In this document: piece after piece, positions 43,386 to 55,300 of the stretch
Position numbering within the stretch: position 1 is the first letter of the stretch
How the letters are laid out: each line of letters begins with the position of its first letter
Source: an uncultured virus (IMG/VR IMGVR_UViG_3300037963_004868)
Taxonomy: Duplodnaviria > Heunggongvirae > Uroviricota > Caudoviricetes
IMG/VR virus record: IMGVR_UViG_3300037963_004868
Strand: one strand, 5' to 3'
DNA: 64,000 nucleotides
Notes under the pieces: generated by a model
The model's input: the letters and a program-made list of their open reading frames with translations, nothing else
Databases searched by the model: none
What the model was told of the DNA's origin: nothing
Position numbers and translations under genes: made by a program

Positions 43386-46300
43386 TACATCTAAAGTCTT
43401 TCAGTTTTACTGGTGTTGACTCATTAGTGGAAGAAGTAACAATTTTGATACTAAATCCATCAAACTGTTCCAAATTATTTACAGAGAATTGATATTCTGA
43501 GAAAGTTTCTGGATTATTTGCTGGCATTTTGGCATCTGGTCTTCCGCTATTTTTAGTTACATCGATAATTTGATCACCAAATCCATCACCATCAGTGTCT
43601 TTAGTATTGTCATATCCAGGGAATGGAGTAAATGATTGATCAATTTCAGCAGAATCTGCTCTATGAAGTCTATACAGAACTCTAATATCTGCAGATTCTT
43701 GTACACACGCTGCAATAAGAACTTTCAAACTAGTTGCTGGTTGTTCAATAGATGTCATTCTTGTAACAAAAACAGTGCTATGAGGATCATGTTCTATAGT
43801 ATTTGTTCTAGCATCCATAATATAATTGTTAATCGGATTATTAACCTTATTTCTACCAAGAATCCAAGTTGCATTCTGAATATCCATTACCGGAGAGAGA
43901 TTCTTATCTTCGCCTCTTGAAAAATCAACGCGCAAAGTCAATGATTTATTTTTAGGTAAAGATGTGAGATGCTCTTTTTCATTTACTTTAGATGCAACTA
44001 ATCTTGGAGTATCAAAATGCTTCACTTTATTGATAGTAATTGGTTCATAACCTTGATCGATAAATGAAACTTCATTTCCACCAGCACTAGTTCCAGAAAT
44101 GGTTCTTACTAATGCATTAATTTTAGTGTCTTTTCCTGGAGTAATATAGTTAAATTGTGGAACAAGAGAACTAAATTGATAGTTTTGCGAAATACCAACA
44201 CTATTTCCACCAACTGCTTTCTGTCCACTGAAGTTTAACATACTTCCACCAGTATCTCTGCTAGAGTAAGGAGTACTTCTATCAAATCTTAAATGATAAT
44301 GATCGAAATTATCATTTTCATCAGTATAATAAGTTGCAGGTAAATCATGAGTTGTATTAATTCTTCTCAGATTAACTCCTCCAACTTCATATGGTTGAAT
44401 AAAGTCATCAGTGGTATGTGCCGATTGTGTAGTTGAATCAACTGCTCTAGTGACGATGGTTAAAGTACCAGCATTGCCTGAAGTGTTGTTAATTCCACTA
44501 TATTCAATAATTTCATTTGCAATTTTTGCATATCCGCCGGCAGTTGAAATGCCTTCATAGGTGGCAAATGGTGTAGTATCTGCAACAGAGACAACAGTTC
44601 CATTTATGTCCAAATTGGCAGTAAGTTTTACTTTTTCTCTATCTGATTCTACATCAACAATTTCCACATCATTATTTGCACCATGATGTGCATGATTATA
44701 TTGAAGAATCTTCATAACATTGCCATCAAATTTTTCATCAATAATTAATGAATTTTCAACAACAAAGTTTGCAGAACCTTGCGTTTTGGAACTTACATTA
44801 TAATCTGTAACAAATCTTTCAAGACGTACACCTATTGGGAAATGCTCACCTTGTACGTTATTAAGATACAAAGTACTAGTAACACCAATATTATTGACTG
44901 CAAAAATTGCACCAGATCCTTTCTGAACATTTGCAGTTGTAATTCCCAACAAATCACCAACAGAATATCCTTCACCACTAGTAAGAACATTAATCTCAGT
45001 AACTTCACCACTAGAATTTGTAGTTACTTTAGCAGTTGCTCCACTACCTTTACCGGTAAGGGTATAAAGACTTACTAAATCTGGAGATACACTAGCACTA
45101 TATCCGATACCAGGATTTGCAATTTCTCCAGAATTTACACCTGTTACAAGACCACCACCGACTCTCTCAATGAATCCGTACAAATCATTATTACCAGTAA
45201 CTCCAACCATTGTTCCTGGAGTGAAGTTTGTAGTGTCATCTGCATTAGAACCTGAACATCTTACTTTTAATTTTCTTGGAAGAAGTTCAACTGGATTCTT
45301 AGGAAGATCTGAAGAATTAGATCCCTTGGGTCCAATGCCACTATTATATGCAAGCAGTGTGCCTTTTTCAACAAACTCTGCCTTTCTAATTTTAAATGTT
45401 AAATCCTGATACTGATTTGGAGTCCAAATTGTACCATTTTGAGACTTAAATAAAGATCCACCAATGTATTGCTTAGAAACAATAATATTTTCTGTATCTG
45501 GGAGAATTGCTGATTGAACAGTCTTCTCACCCATAATCGCTGTCCACATTTCATACTTATTAGAAGAAGGTGAGAGAAGAACAATTGCATATTCTTTATC
45601 TCCCTCAAGATATATTGGTGATTTAAATTTAACAGTTGTTGGTAGAGAAGCATCATCAGAAGTAGAGATTTGATCAGGATATAATTCAGCCTGTGCAAAA
45701 TCTTGTACAAGAAGATTTGTGGGAGTTCCTAATTCTACCGTTCTAAGTTCAACAAAGAGACTCTTCTTGGGATCTTTCTTTGCAAAGAACAAGTCAATTG
45801 AAGTAAGGAATATTCCATTACTATCAACACGAAAAGATTGAGCAAGAGGATCTCTATGTGGTGCTTTAACAGTAACCTCAATGTTAGTTTTCTTTGCCTT
45901 TGGTTTGGGTGGATTCCTAACACTAACCCTTGTTTGTTCTTGTGTAATAATGGTGCCAGAACCACTATAAGTACCAATAGCTTCAGATGCTTTTGTTGTG
46001 GAACCTGGGAGTGGAGTTACACCAGGGGGGACAGCAGTAATTTTTAATGTTTTAGTTCCACTCTTAACTTTTACTGCTGGTGTTGGTTTTTTATTTGGAT
46101 CGCGGAAGTGGAAACATGCTTGAATATCTCCCCAATTATCACTAATTAATTCAAACTCTTTAACCTTAGCGACAGCTCCACTTGTTTTACCTATAATTTT
46201 GCATCCTTTTGCAATATATCCATAAAATTCTTCATTATTTGCTAACTTTTTAAGATCAAAATTAATAATTTTAGAAGTTGCAGAATAATTTGATGGTGGT

Positions 46301-49300
46301 GCTACACTCTTTTTATCATATGGATTAACAGTATACTTCTCATAAGAAATTGAACTACTAACGAGTGGTTTAATAGATTCATCACCAAACTTGTGATTTG
46401 GTTCTTTTATTTTCATATGACCAATTTTCTTTCCACCTTGGAAAATATCAACTTTCTCGTTTATCTTGAAAGTTCCAGACTGCATGTCAATCTTAACCAA
46501 TTTTGGAATAATATCGACTTGTTGACTATCTAAGAAGTGATAGTGCTTTGTCTCTGGTTTCAGACCATTTGCAAGGAAATATACTTCCCTAGAACGCATG
46601 AATGGATCTACTGTGCCAGTAACCTTAACATTTTCAACATAATCAAATTGTCTAGAAGGTCCTGTAAGTTTTGGTTTATATGTTGTTGTCTTCGTGGTAG
46701 TTGTGGTAACAAATGCTCTAGTTTTTCTCTCATTTCTACCTCTACCTTTTCTATAGGTTACATATTCAGTTTTCCTATCAACATCTGTATGAACAGATGC
46801 TTCTTGTACCCATTTAGCACCAGTAGATTCTGTTCTCTTATGATTAATGTAAATTGTACGAGTCCAATTATCAGATGGCGGGGTTAATTGAATACCACCA
46901 ACATAAACAATGACTTTAAATGGATTTACATTTTCGACTGTAGTTGCTTGAACTTGATCTAACCAATCAACTTCTTCATATTTAAGTGTGAGCAAATCTC
47001 CAGTTTTCTGAATATTCTTGTCAGATAAAAGAAAATTTTGTTCCTCAATAGGATCGTTCTCAATATCAACTGCAGCATCCCATGCAAGCTCTGCATTCAT
47101 AGACCAGAACTCAACGGGTGAAATGCCCATATTTTGTTCTGAATTGATATCTATCCTAGTGTATCTTGGATCTGAAAGAGATTTATCTTTAAAGTCGGAA
47201 ACAATAAATCCTGACTTGAATCTATTCAATCCGTTAGCATCAGTAACTTCTACTGTAGCAGTGTTCAATTCAAGAAGACTCAAAGAAGTAACCTCTTCAA
47301 GATTTTCAATTCGTTCTTCAAGTTTTCCAATATCTCTCATTGTAAATCTTCTGTTATCTCTTAACAGAATTCCTGCATCTTTAGTAGGATTATAGAGATA
47401 TGCTGGATATGCAATAAGAGCAATTTCCATTGCATCATCTGCAAGATCTGGTACTTGAGGATCTTCTGAAGGTTCTCCTTGAATAACTTTTACCTGACCA
47501 AGACGATTAATTGATACTAAGTCAACTCTAGGAAGATAGTAACTAAGACCAACTCTAGTAGTTTCATCAGGAGTAACAACAAATTTGTAATTTGTTGAGA
47601 ACTCTCTTGCATCATAAGTAAATGGAGACATTGTTGCTGTTGATGCATCAAAATCTCTTACTCTTGGTCTAAAGTCCAGAAGATCAGATACTCTGGTACC
47701 ATTTACTACTGTTGGAATATCACTCTTATATCTGTCTGCAGTATAAGAATTGACTGTGAAGATATCTCCAGTATTTGTTGAACCAGCACTTACTCTATAT
47801 TGATTGTGAATAATTTGCAACTGCTTTGTCGGAATTGCAAATCCATCTCTTCTTCTAATACGCGAATAATCTACAATTTGATTCGTATGTGCTTTATCAA
47901 GAACATAATTATCAGTTCTATCAACATAACTACCAGGCGTAGTTTCTTGAAGCACTAAACTTAAAGATGAACTCTTGAATGAAACTTCTTCACCAACTGC
48001 AAAATCATTATCATTAAGTGGTACATATGTAACAGTGGTCGCAGTTACTTCTACAACTTGACCAATTGCTCTACTTGTTTGACCTACAATCTTTTCACCT
48101 ATAATTGCATTTTGATTTAAAGCAAGACCAGTTGCAAAAGTTAAACTATCTAAAATAGGTGCAGCATCATTTGTTGATTCATATACTGCAACAAGGTTAA
48201 CAACATCTGCAGTGTTCAGTGAAATCTCCTCATCTTCAATTCTTAATCCATAAAACTTACTTGTAGTCAAACCTGCAGTAGCTGGTGACTTTCCATTTGT
48301 TCTTGTAACACTAACAATATTACTCTTTACATAATCATTTGTTTTGTGAGTAACATCAGTTTTTCTTAAAGTTCCGATGACAACAACATTATTTTGACTC
48401 GCAGTCAGACCTTTAAATGTAACTTCAGTTGCACCATATGTAAACTGGTCAGAAGTTAAAGTCTCCGTATCTCCATTAGAATAATGAATAGAATATCTTT
48501 CAGCATCAAATGCTTCAAAGAATACACTAGTAATACCGACAGCACTTCCTAAGAAGTCTGTAACAGTAAGAGTCATTTCACCATTAGAGTTAGTAGACTT
48601 TCCACTAATCTGTCTTGTAATCAATAGTTCCGCATCTGATAAATCAACAGAAGCTACGGTAAATCTTGGAAGTTCTGAATAAAGACCAGATTGCTGAGAA
48701 TTAAGAATTTTTGGAACCATCAGCGAGAAGTTTGATTCGCCGTTGCTTACACTTTTATTACAAATACCTGTAACAGAATTATCTGGTGCTGTTAAAGTTA
48801 ATGTATCTCCATTAGAATTAATTGAACTAATGACATTAAAGTTTGGATCTGTTCCAGCTGCATTTTGATATTTTAAAATTGCACCAGTTTTAATTCCAGT
48901 TACGCCTGCAAAAAATCTTCCAGGAACTTTACCAGTATTACCACCAGTTACAAGTAATTTATCATTTTTACTAAAATCTGGTAAAGACTTTTCATACAAA
49001 ATTGTATCTGCAATAAAGTCTTTTTGAATACTCGAATCGAGATTTGTTGAATTTTGATAAACAGACTTAATATCTTCTATAGTAAACTCTTCAACTGCAG
49101 TTATACCAAAAGTATATTCTTCAATTTCATTAACAATGATTTGCTCACCCCTCTGGAAAACACCAGAAGTTTGTGTTAAACTCATACATAAAGGACTTCT
49201 CTTACTGTCAATATATCCTTTCGCACCACTAGATAGACCTCTCACATAAGAACCGAGAGGAATAACATTATTATCATTTATTTCACTTGATACGTAAATA

Positions 49301-50748
49301 TCAGTATATGTCTGAATATCAAAGAGATATAAATCCCAATCGGTTGTAGCGCCTTCATATGCTGCGTCACTTACACCATACCAATAAACTCTACCTTCAC
49401 CAATCTTTCTACCAGTTCCTGCATTATTTGTAGATGTATTTCTTCTTTCATCAAATAATTCAATTACATTATCATAAGTATTTTGTCCTGCCTGTGTTCC
49501 AATAGAAATATATGGAACACCAGTAACATTATTAACTTTGATAAGACTTCCCATTGAGAAGGGAACTCTAGTTTCTGGAATAGATTTAGTAGTTCTTGGT
49601 TTTGGAACATCAATAACAGTTGATCCAACTAAATCTACATCAAATCCTTTTACATATGCAGTTCCTGCAGAAACTTTAACACACATCAAGTCCTCATTAG
49701 GACTATTTCCTTCATCAGTAAGTTGATTTTCCGCAAAAAGACCAGCACCACCAGTTTCATTATTTAAAGAATCTAAAACATCTACAGTAAAACTATCGAC
49801 AGCATAGTTTCCGGATTCTTCAAAAGTTCTTTTTGCAAAGTAATCCTTAATAAAATTATATTGAGTTTTTGCTTCTAACTTTTTAATTTCACCATTATCA
49901 ATTCTTACAAGTTCAATGAAGTTTGTATCATTATAATCCTGTAAATTTTTCTTAGTTAATCTAGTCTCAATTTTTAATCTATCAGCACCTGGTGCAGCAA
50001 AATTGGTATATCCTTTTGCATTATCATTCAGGGATGAATCTTGATCTGAATTAACTACCTGCTCTATGACCTCAAAACCAACTCTATATGATGGTTCATT
50101 ATTATATAAATCTAGAACTATTTGTGCATCTGGAACATCGACAAAATATCCTCTTATAAAATAAACACCAGAAGCAACTCCTACAGCATATCCAATCTTT
50201 GAAGCATCGTTTGGAATCAAAGAAAGAATAGTATCTCCTGCATTTAAAGTTGTATTTCCATACGTGACATTTTCTTCAATAAGTAATACTTCAGAATCAG
50301 AAAAGAATTCAGTTTCACCATCTTCTGCTGATGAATCATACTTTACAAAGAGAGTAATTTCTTCCGCATCTTCATTTGGTGGAAGAATATATCCGTTAAT
50401 TGTGGCCGTTATATCAGTATCTTGACCTCTTACCTCAACACCTTTACCATCATTAGCATTAACAAGAGCATCAAGATAAATGCTAATATCTAGACCTAAA
50501 TGAGTTTCATTTACTTTAATAGTAGTAAATTCATTATCGCATGTAATTCCGCCAGGAATTACCATAGAACCTTCTTTGAACATGTGTGTTCCAAAAGATT
50601 CTACTTGACTTTGCAGAATAGATTGAAGACCCGTTAATTCTCTTGCCTGGACAGGATATCCAGGTTTGAAAAGAACCTTATAAAAATTATTATCCCTATC
50701 AAAATCATCATAATAAGGATTTACGTTTAAGTTAGTCTTCTGTGGCAT
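43372..50748 (-). CDS. Large baseplate-associated structural protein (VrlC/DUF4815-like)
   Basis: NPYYDDFD...KVLFKPGYPVQARELTGLQSILQ, APGADRLKI, RFTMRDIGKLEERI, DPLAQSF. Confidence 0.85.
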   Translation of the reverse strand: MPQKTNLNVNPYYDDFDRDNNFYKVLFKPGYPVQARELTGLQSILQSQVESFGTHMFKEGSMVIPGGITCDNEFTTIKVNETHLGLDISIYLDALVNANDGKGVEVRGQDTDITATINGYILPPNEDAEEITLFVKYDSSAEDGETEFFSDSEVLLIEENVTYGNTTLNAGDTILSLIPNDASKIGYAVGVASGVYFIRGYFVDVPDAQIVLDLYNNEPSYRVGFEVIEQVVNSDQDSSLNDNAKGYTNFAAPGADRLKIETRLTKKNLQDYNDTNFIELVRIDNGEIKKLEAKTQYNFIKDYFAKRTFEESGNYAVDSFTVDVLDSLNNETGGAGLFAENQLTDEGNSPNEDLMCVKVSAGTAYVKGFDVDLVGSTVIDVPKPRTTKSIPETRVPFSMGSLIKVNNVTGVPYISIGTQAGQNTYDNVIELFDERRNTSTNNAGTGRKIGEGRVYWYGVSDAAYEGATTDWDLYLFDIQTYTDIYVSSEINDNNVIPLGSYVRGLSSGAKGYIDSKRSPLCMSLTQTSGVFQRGEQIIVNEIEEYTFGITAVEEFTIEDIKSVYQNSTNLDSSIQKDFIADTILYEKSLPDFSKNDKLLVTGGNTGKVPGRFFAGVTGIKTGAILKYQNAAGTDPNFNVISSINSNGDTLTLTAPDNSVTGICNKSVSNGESNFSLMVPKILNSQQSGLYSELPRFTVASVDLSDAELLITRQISGKSTNSNGEMTLTVTDFLGSAVGITSVFFEAFDAERYSIHYSNGDTETLTSDQFTYGATEVTFKGLTASQNNVVVIGTLRKTDVTHKTNDYVKSNIVSVTRTNGKSPATAGLTTSKFYGLRIEDEEISLNTADVVNLVAVYESTNDAAPILDSLTFATGLALNQNAIIGEKIVGQTSRAIGQVVEVTATTVTYVPLNDNDFAVGEEVSFKSSSLSLVLQETTPGSYVDRTDNYVLDKAHTNQIVDYSRIRRRDGFAIPTKQLQIIHNQYRVSAGSTNTGDIFTVNSYTADRYKSDIPTVVNGTRVSDLLDFRPRVRDFDASTATMSPFTYDAREFSTNYKFVVTPDETTRVGLSYYLPRVDLVSINRLGQVKVIQGEPSEDPQVPDLADDAMEIALIAYPAYLYNPTKDAGILLRDNRRFTMRDIGKLEERIENLEEVTSLSLLELNTATVEVTDANGLNRFKSGFIVSDFKDKSLSDPRYTRIDINSEQNMGISPVEFWSMNAELAWDAAVDIENDPIEEQNFLLSDKNIQKTGDLLTLKYEEVDWLDQVQATTVENVNPFKVIVYVGGIQLTPPSDNWTRTIYINHKRTESTGAKWVQEASVHTDVDRKTEYVTYRKGRGRNERKTRAFVTTTTTKTTTYKPKLTGPSRQFDYVENVKVTGTVDPFMRSREVYFLANGLKPETKHYHFLDSQQVDIIPKLVKIDMQSGTFKINEKVDIFQGGKKIGHMKIKEPNHKFGDESIKPLVSSSISYEKYTVNPYDKKSVAPPSNYSATSKIINFDLKKLANNEEFYGYIAKGCKIIGKTSGAVAKVKEFELISDNWGDIQACFHFRDPNKKPTPAVKVKSGTKTLKITAVPPGVTPLPGSTTKASEAIGTYSGSGTIITQEQTRVSVRNPPKPKAKKTNIEVTVKAPHRDPLAQSFRVDSNGIFLTSIDLFFAKKDPKKSLFVELRTVELGTPTNLLVQDFAQAELYPDQISTSDDASLPTTVKFKSPIYLEGDKEYAIVLLSPSSNKYEMWTAIMGEKTVQSAILPDTENIIVSKQYIGGSLFKSQNGTIWTPNQYQDLTFKIRKAEFVEKGTLLAYNSGIGPKGSNSSDLPKNPVELLPRKLKVRCSGSNADDTTNFTPGTMVGVTGNNDLYGFIERVGGGLVTGVNSGEIANPGIGYSASVSPDLVSLYTLTGKGSGATAKVTTNSSGEVTEINVLTSGEGYSVGDLLGITTANVQKGSGAIFAVNNIGVTSTLYLNNVQGEHFPIGVRLERFVTDYNVSSKTQGSANFVVENSLIIDEKFDGNVMKILQYNHAHHGANNDVEIVDVESDREKVKLTANLDINGTVVSVADTTPFATYEGISTAGGYAKIANEIIEYSGINNTSGNAGTLTIVTRAVDSTTQSAHTTDDFIQPYEVGGVNLRRINTTHDLPATYYTDENDNFDHYHLRFDRSTPYSSRDTGGSMLNFSGQKAVGGNSVGISQNYQFSSLVPQFNYITPGKDTKINALVRTISGTSAGGNEVSFIDQGYEPITINKVKHFDTPRLVASKVNEKEHLTSLPKNKSLTLRVDFSRGEDKNLSPVMDIQNATWILGRNKVNNPINNYIMDARTNTIEHDPHSTVFVTRMTSIEQPATSLKVLIAACVQESADIRVLYRLHRADSAEIDQSFTPFPGYDNTKDTDGDGFGDQIIDVTKNSGRPDAKMPANNPETFSEYQFSVNNLEQFDGFSIKIVTSSTNESTPVKLKDFRCIALA

Positions 50749-50751
50749 TTT

Positions 50752-52311
50752 TTAGAATTCCAGTATAATTTTAATGTCTTCTTTTTGTCTCAAATTCCTA
50801 GCAATACTAGGTCTATTATCAAGATAAATTAATTGCCCTGACCCTTTATTTATTTCAGAAACGGCCATGCCATCTGTAAAATTAACACCAAGATTAATAA
50901 GTTTACTTCCTGTTGGATTCATAGTAATGCCAGAAAATCCAATAGATACAGAACCACTAAATCCAGATGATTGTCCAGTAATTTCATTGGCACTAGACTC
51001 AAATGCATAATTTCTACCATTAGTAGAAATGCCAACATAATCTTGATGATCTAGGGTAGTTTGATTGAAATATAATGAACGGTCTTGTATATATTTAAGA
51101 ACCTTTGTTTCATCATCATAGGAAGCAACATATCCATATGCTTTTCCTACATTATCAGCAAGAGTCTGTTGAATTTTTTCTCCAATTTTAGGAGTTCCTG
51201 TAATATCTGAAAATTTTATAGAATTCAGTCCACTGAAAGTTGATCCTGCAAAAATATCATTTGTTCCTACTGCTGTCGGATTTTTTATAATAGAAACTTG
51301 TGCAAAACTTGTGTCAACAGGAAAGTCTTTAGTCGAATCGTCAAATCTAGCATAAACTAGAACTTTATCAGAACCCAACTCTAAGTAGATATCATCACCA
51401 TGTCCTCTAGCAGGAGGAATTATTGGTACTAGTTTTGCACTACTACCAGTCGTATCAGAGTTAATTGGACCAAGGTCTACAAGAGCATATGAATAATCTT
51501 TTCCACCTGCAGTAACTACAGTATTTGTAATTTTACCGCTTTCAACATCAATTCTAACTTTTCCACCAGTTCCATCACCAATAATAGACATCTCCTGACT
51601 CAATCCACTAGCATAACCATCGCCAGATTTATCAATATAAACTGTTTTAATTTGATTGAGATTAACTTGCGAATTTGCAGATTCTCTTATTGCCTGTATT
51701 TGAGTGTCAGATGTTGTTGTCCAATTACTTGGTAGTGTAATGTAATCTGTAGAGTCAAATTTAATAATATCACTTGGAGAAACTGTAAACAGATATTTCC
51801 AAACATATCCATCACCACTAGTGCCAGCTTTAGTTGGTTCTAAATCTGTGAACGTTGGTTCATCTTCTGATATATTTCCTTTTGGGTTAGTGCCATTAGA
51901 ACCATTCTCTATGCAAATGTAAACTCTAAAGTCAGAATTCATTACATAATAGTTTGCATCAAACAATCTTGCCGCATTACTTAAAGCGGAAGGAGATTTA
52001 ATACTATAATCATCTCTATACATTTCATATCTATTTCCAGCAACCCAATTAACTCTTCTAACAATGCGCTTAACATTTGCAGAAGATATTTTTTTTCCAA
52101 ATAATACAACATCCCCAACATGTGCACTATTAGTTTGGTTATCTAATGGTGCTGGCGGTGAAGTATTCCAATCTGAAGTTCTACCATATCCAGTAATTGT
52201 TGGATTTGGTAAACCTACAGTAATATAATAAGAGTTGGAAGTATTTTCAACAGATTCGACAAAATTGCCCGAATTTAGAATTCTAAATTGATCAGTGACA
52301 ATAGCTGACAT
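50752..52311 (-). CDS. gp8: Baseplate wedge subunit
   Basis: YYVMNSDFRVYICIEN, DGYVWKYLF, YLDNRPSI, EDIKIILEF. Confidence 0.9.
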   Translation of the reverse strand: MSAIVTDQFRILNSGNFVESVENTSNSYYITVGLPNPTITGYGRTSDWNTSPPAPLDNQTNSAHVGDVVLFGKKISSANVKRIVRRVNWVAGNRYEMYRDDYSIKSPSALSNAARLFDANYYVMNSDFRVYICIENGSNGTNPKGNISEDEPTFTDLEPTKAGTSGDGYVWKYLFTVSPSDIIKFDSTDYITLPSNWTTTSDTQIQAIRESANSQVNLNQIKTVYIDKSGDGYASGLSQEMSIIGDGTGGKVRIDVESGKITNTVVTAGGKDYSYALVDLGPINSDTTGSSAKLVPIIPPARGHGDDIYLELGSDKVLVYARFDDSTKDFPVDTSFAQVSIIKNPTAVGTNDIFAGSTFSGLNSIKFSDITGTPKIGEKIQQTLADNVGKAYGYVASYDDETKVLKYIQDRSLYFNQTTLDHQDYVGISTNGRNYAFESSANEITGQSSGFSGSVSIGFSGITMNPTGSKLINLGVNFTDGMAVSEINKGSGQLIYLDNRPSIARNLRQKEDIKIILEF

Positions 52312-52330
52312 TGTTTATATGTTTTTTATA

Positions 52331-52338
52331 TATTTATA
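52331..52338 (-). promoter_or_regulatory. Late promoter TATAAATA upstream of gp8
   Basis: Exact consensus in short intergenic gap. Confidence 0.8.
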
Positions 52339-52344
52339 TGAGGT

Positions 52345-55300
52345 TTATAATATAGGATAACCAGAAGAATTTTCACTCGCATCAGGACCATTTGATGTCT
52401 TCCTTAATGCACCACTACTCTTAAATCCAAAATCTCTTCTTTGAATTGTTGGGAATGTAGATAATCCAGAATCAACTGTGAGTCCAGTTACTCCTATTGA
52501 AACTGGATTGGTTCTAGTCACTCCGTCAATAGCATTATATAATCTTCCCCAAGATAATTTACCTGCAGAAATCGTAGCATCAGGATCACTGGGTAAATAA
52601 CTTCCTGTTGTTGCAATACCAACAATATTTGTATTACTATGAATATTGCAAGTTATTCTGCCATTGTTTCCATTATTTGAAACAGCATGTACCATATAAA
52701 CGGCATCTAAGAATGTTGTTCCAATACCAACGGTAGAATTATCATTTCCATCAACAGTAGTTACTCCATGACCTACTGAAGTGTCATATACGTAAACTGG
52801 ATATCCTGCAACTAAACTATTAGTAAAACTGGAATTATTAGAGAAATCAATGCGGTTATAGTCAATGTTAAGTGCCATTCCACAATCACCACTACCTGCA
52901 GTTGTGCTAATTCCAGTAATAATACCAGTAAATCCTTCAATATTTGTAATATTTTCAACTAATTCATGTCTTCCTTTTGGAATTTCAACGATTGCTTGAG
53001 GGGGATTAGTAATAGAATAACCAAGACCTATGTTTGTAATAGTTGTAGAATCGATAGAACCGTCAACAATACTTACCGTAGCAGTTGCAGTTGTACCAAC
53101 ACCAACACCAATGTCTAAAGGTGCTGTAAATTTAACATCAAGTGTAGAACCAGAATAACCAGAACCAACATTGTTAATTGTAAGAGCACTAATAGTTCCA
53201 GAAGCACCAACAGTTACTGTTATTGCAGCAGAAACTGGATCTACTCCTTCTACAATTAATCCTTCTAAAGAGTTAATTGAAATAGAATAGTTATTTTCTT
53301 CATAATTGAAGAACTGTGCATTATCAACAAAAATTTGATTGCTGCCTTTATCAATATTACCAATTATTTTTGATGTTGGAAGAATTCTTGGTTCAATAGA
53401 ATCTCTTGTTTTATAAACAAAATCACCCTTAACAAATTTATCACGTTTTTGCTTAGTCCAACTAAGTGGTTTGAAATCATTTTCATTAATTCCTGGACCA
53501 AGGTAGATGTCAGTTTCAATCGTATCTGCAGATATAATATCAAGAATTGTTCTATTCCTATCTTGATCTTTTGTTAGGGCAAAATTTGGATGTTTCTTAA
53601 CAAGAACTTCATCACCAATCTTAAATGTTTCATCAACATCAACAAGAATAACATCAACACCATCCTGTCCAAGATAGAAGAAAATATCAATCTTATCAGA
53701 ATCTGATGGTGCTTGTTGGAATATAAATGATGTTCCCCCTTCAAATGTATAGGAGGATCCAGGTTGTTGAAGAACACCGTTGACAAAAATTAGTAAAACT
53801 GCATTTAAATCAATTTCAGTTGAAAGTGCAGCATTAGGATCTATTTCAAAACTCAAAAGTTCACCTTGATAAATTAATGGGAATCTTTTTCTTGAACCAT
53901 TTTGAAATGCACCGATACTATCAATATAATTCATTTCACCAAATGACCATGCTGACATGGAGTCGTTAAAAGTTTCAACAACTTCAAGTTCAAAGTCTGA
54001 AATTGGTTCACTCAGATGTGATGCTGTAACAAGACCAGACACCTTGAAAACATCTCCAGGTCGGAACGCATATCCATTTCTTCGGACATTAAAAGATTCA
54101 ACTTCAAATAGAGTTGATCCAATACCAACATTAGTTCCTGCAGCACCAATAGTAACATTGAGTAACAGATTTTCGCCTGTTTCTGTAGTTGGACCAACTC
54201 CAAGTCTTGATACACCAACAACTTCCATATTTTCGTATATTGGTTCTGGTATATCTAATATTGGATTACCATATCCTGTTCCCTGATTATCAACAGAAAA
54301 TATGAGTGTACCACCAACACCAACCTGAGCAGTAACTACTGCACCAGAACCGGTTCCAGATAAATCACTAACTCCAATAGATACTGGATCTCTATAACCA
54401 GATCCATGACTGAGACTATAATGTTTGAATACATTACCAAATCCAACATAATTATGAGTGATAGTACTAGTTCCGACTTGAACATTTAATTTTGTATCGG
54501 AAAGAATATTAACAATATCAAATGAGCGATTATGATCTGGGAAGATGGTAGTTGTAACTCCACTATACGCAGGAGTACATGTAAAGTGAAGTCCGACAAG
54601 TTGAACTCTATCACCACCAACTAAGTTGTGATTAGTAGATGTTTCTAATTCAATAATACCTGTTACTTTATCATATGCAGCAGTTGAAATAGAAACAGCG
54701 TCTCTAAATGTATTAACACCAACAATATCAGTGATCTGACCACTAGCATTAATATCAACTTTTGTTTTTGCACCATAAAGTGGTGCATATCCAAGACCTG
54801 GTGTTGAACCAAGAGATACAATCAGACCGCCTCTAGGAAGTTGATTTTGATTAATGTCAAAGTCAGATTGAACATAGGAACCATTTTCTGATGTAATGCC
54901 GGAGAATACTACACTAGAAATACCAAGAATACCTGAGTTTTCAAATTTATAATTATTACCAAGATTGTTAATGGTAGTTGGAGTCTGGAAAACGCCATTC
55001 AACAGTAAAATTCCATTACCAATATCAATACCTGTTGTATTTGCACCACCAACTTTCATTGTGAAAGTTTGACCAACTCCAGTAAATTGATTTGAAACTT
55101 CATCAAATATCATATTAGTATCATAATTAGATCTTAAGAAAGTTCTTCCAGAGAAGACTGAAGTTACAAACGGAAGATTGCTGTTATCTCTTCGTGTTCT
55201 GGCACTTCCAGTAGGAGGATCGGTAAAGTGTACTTTAGAATCCACAATATCAAATGAACCTTTATATATCTGCACATTTGCGCCATCATTGTGTGGAGCA

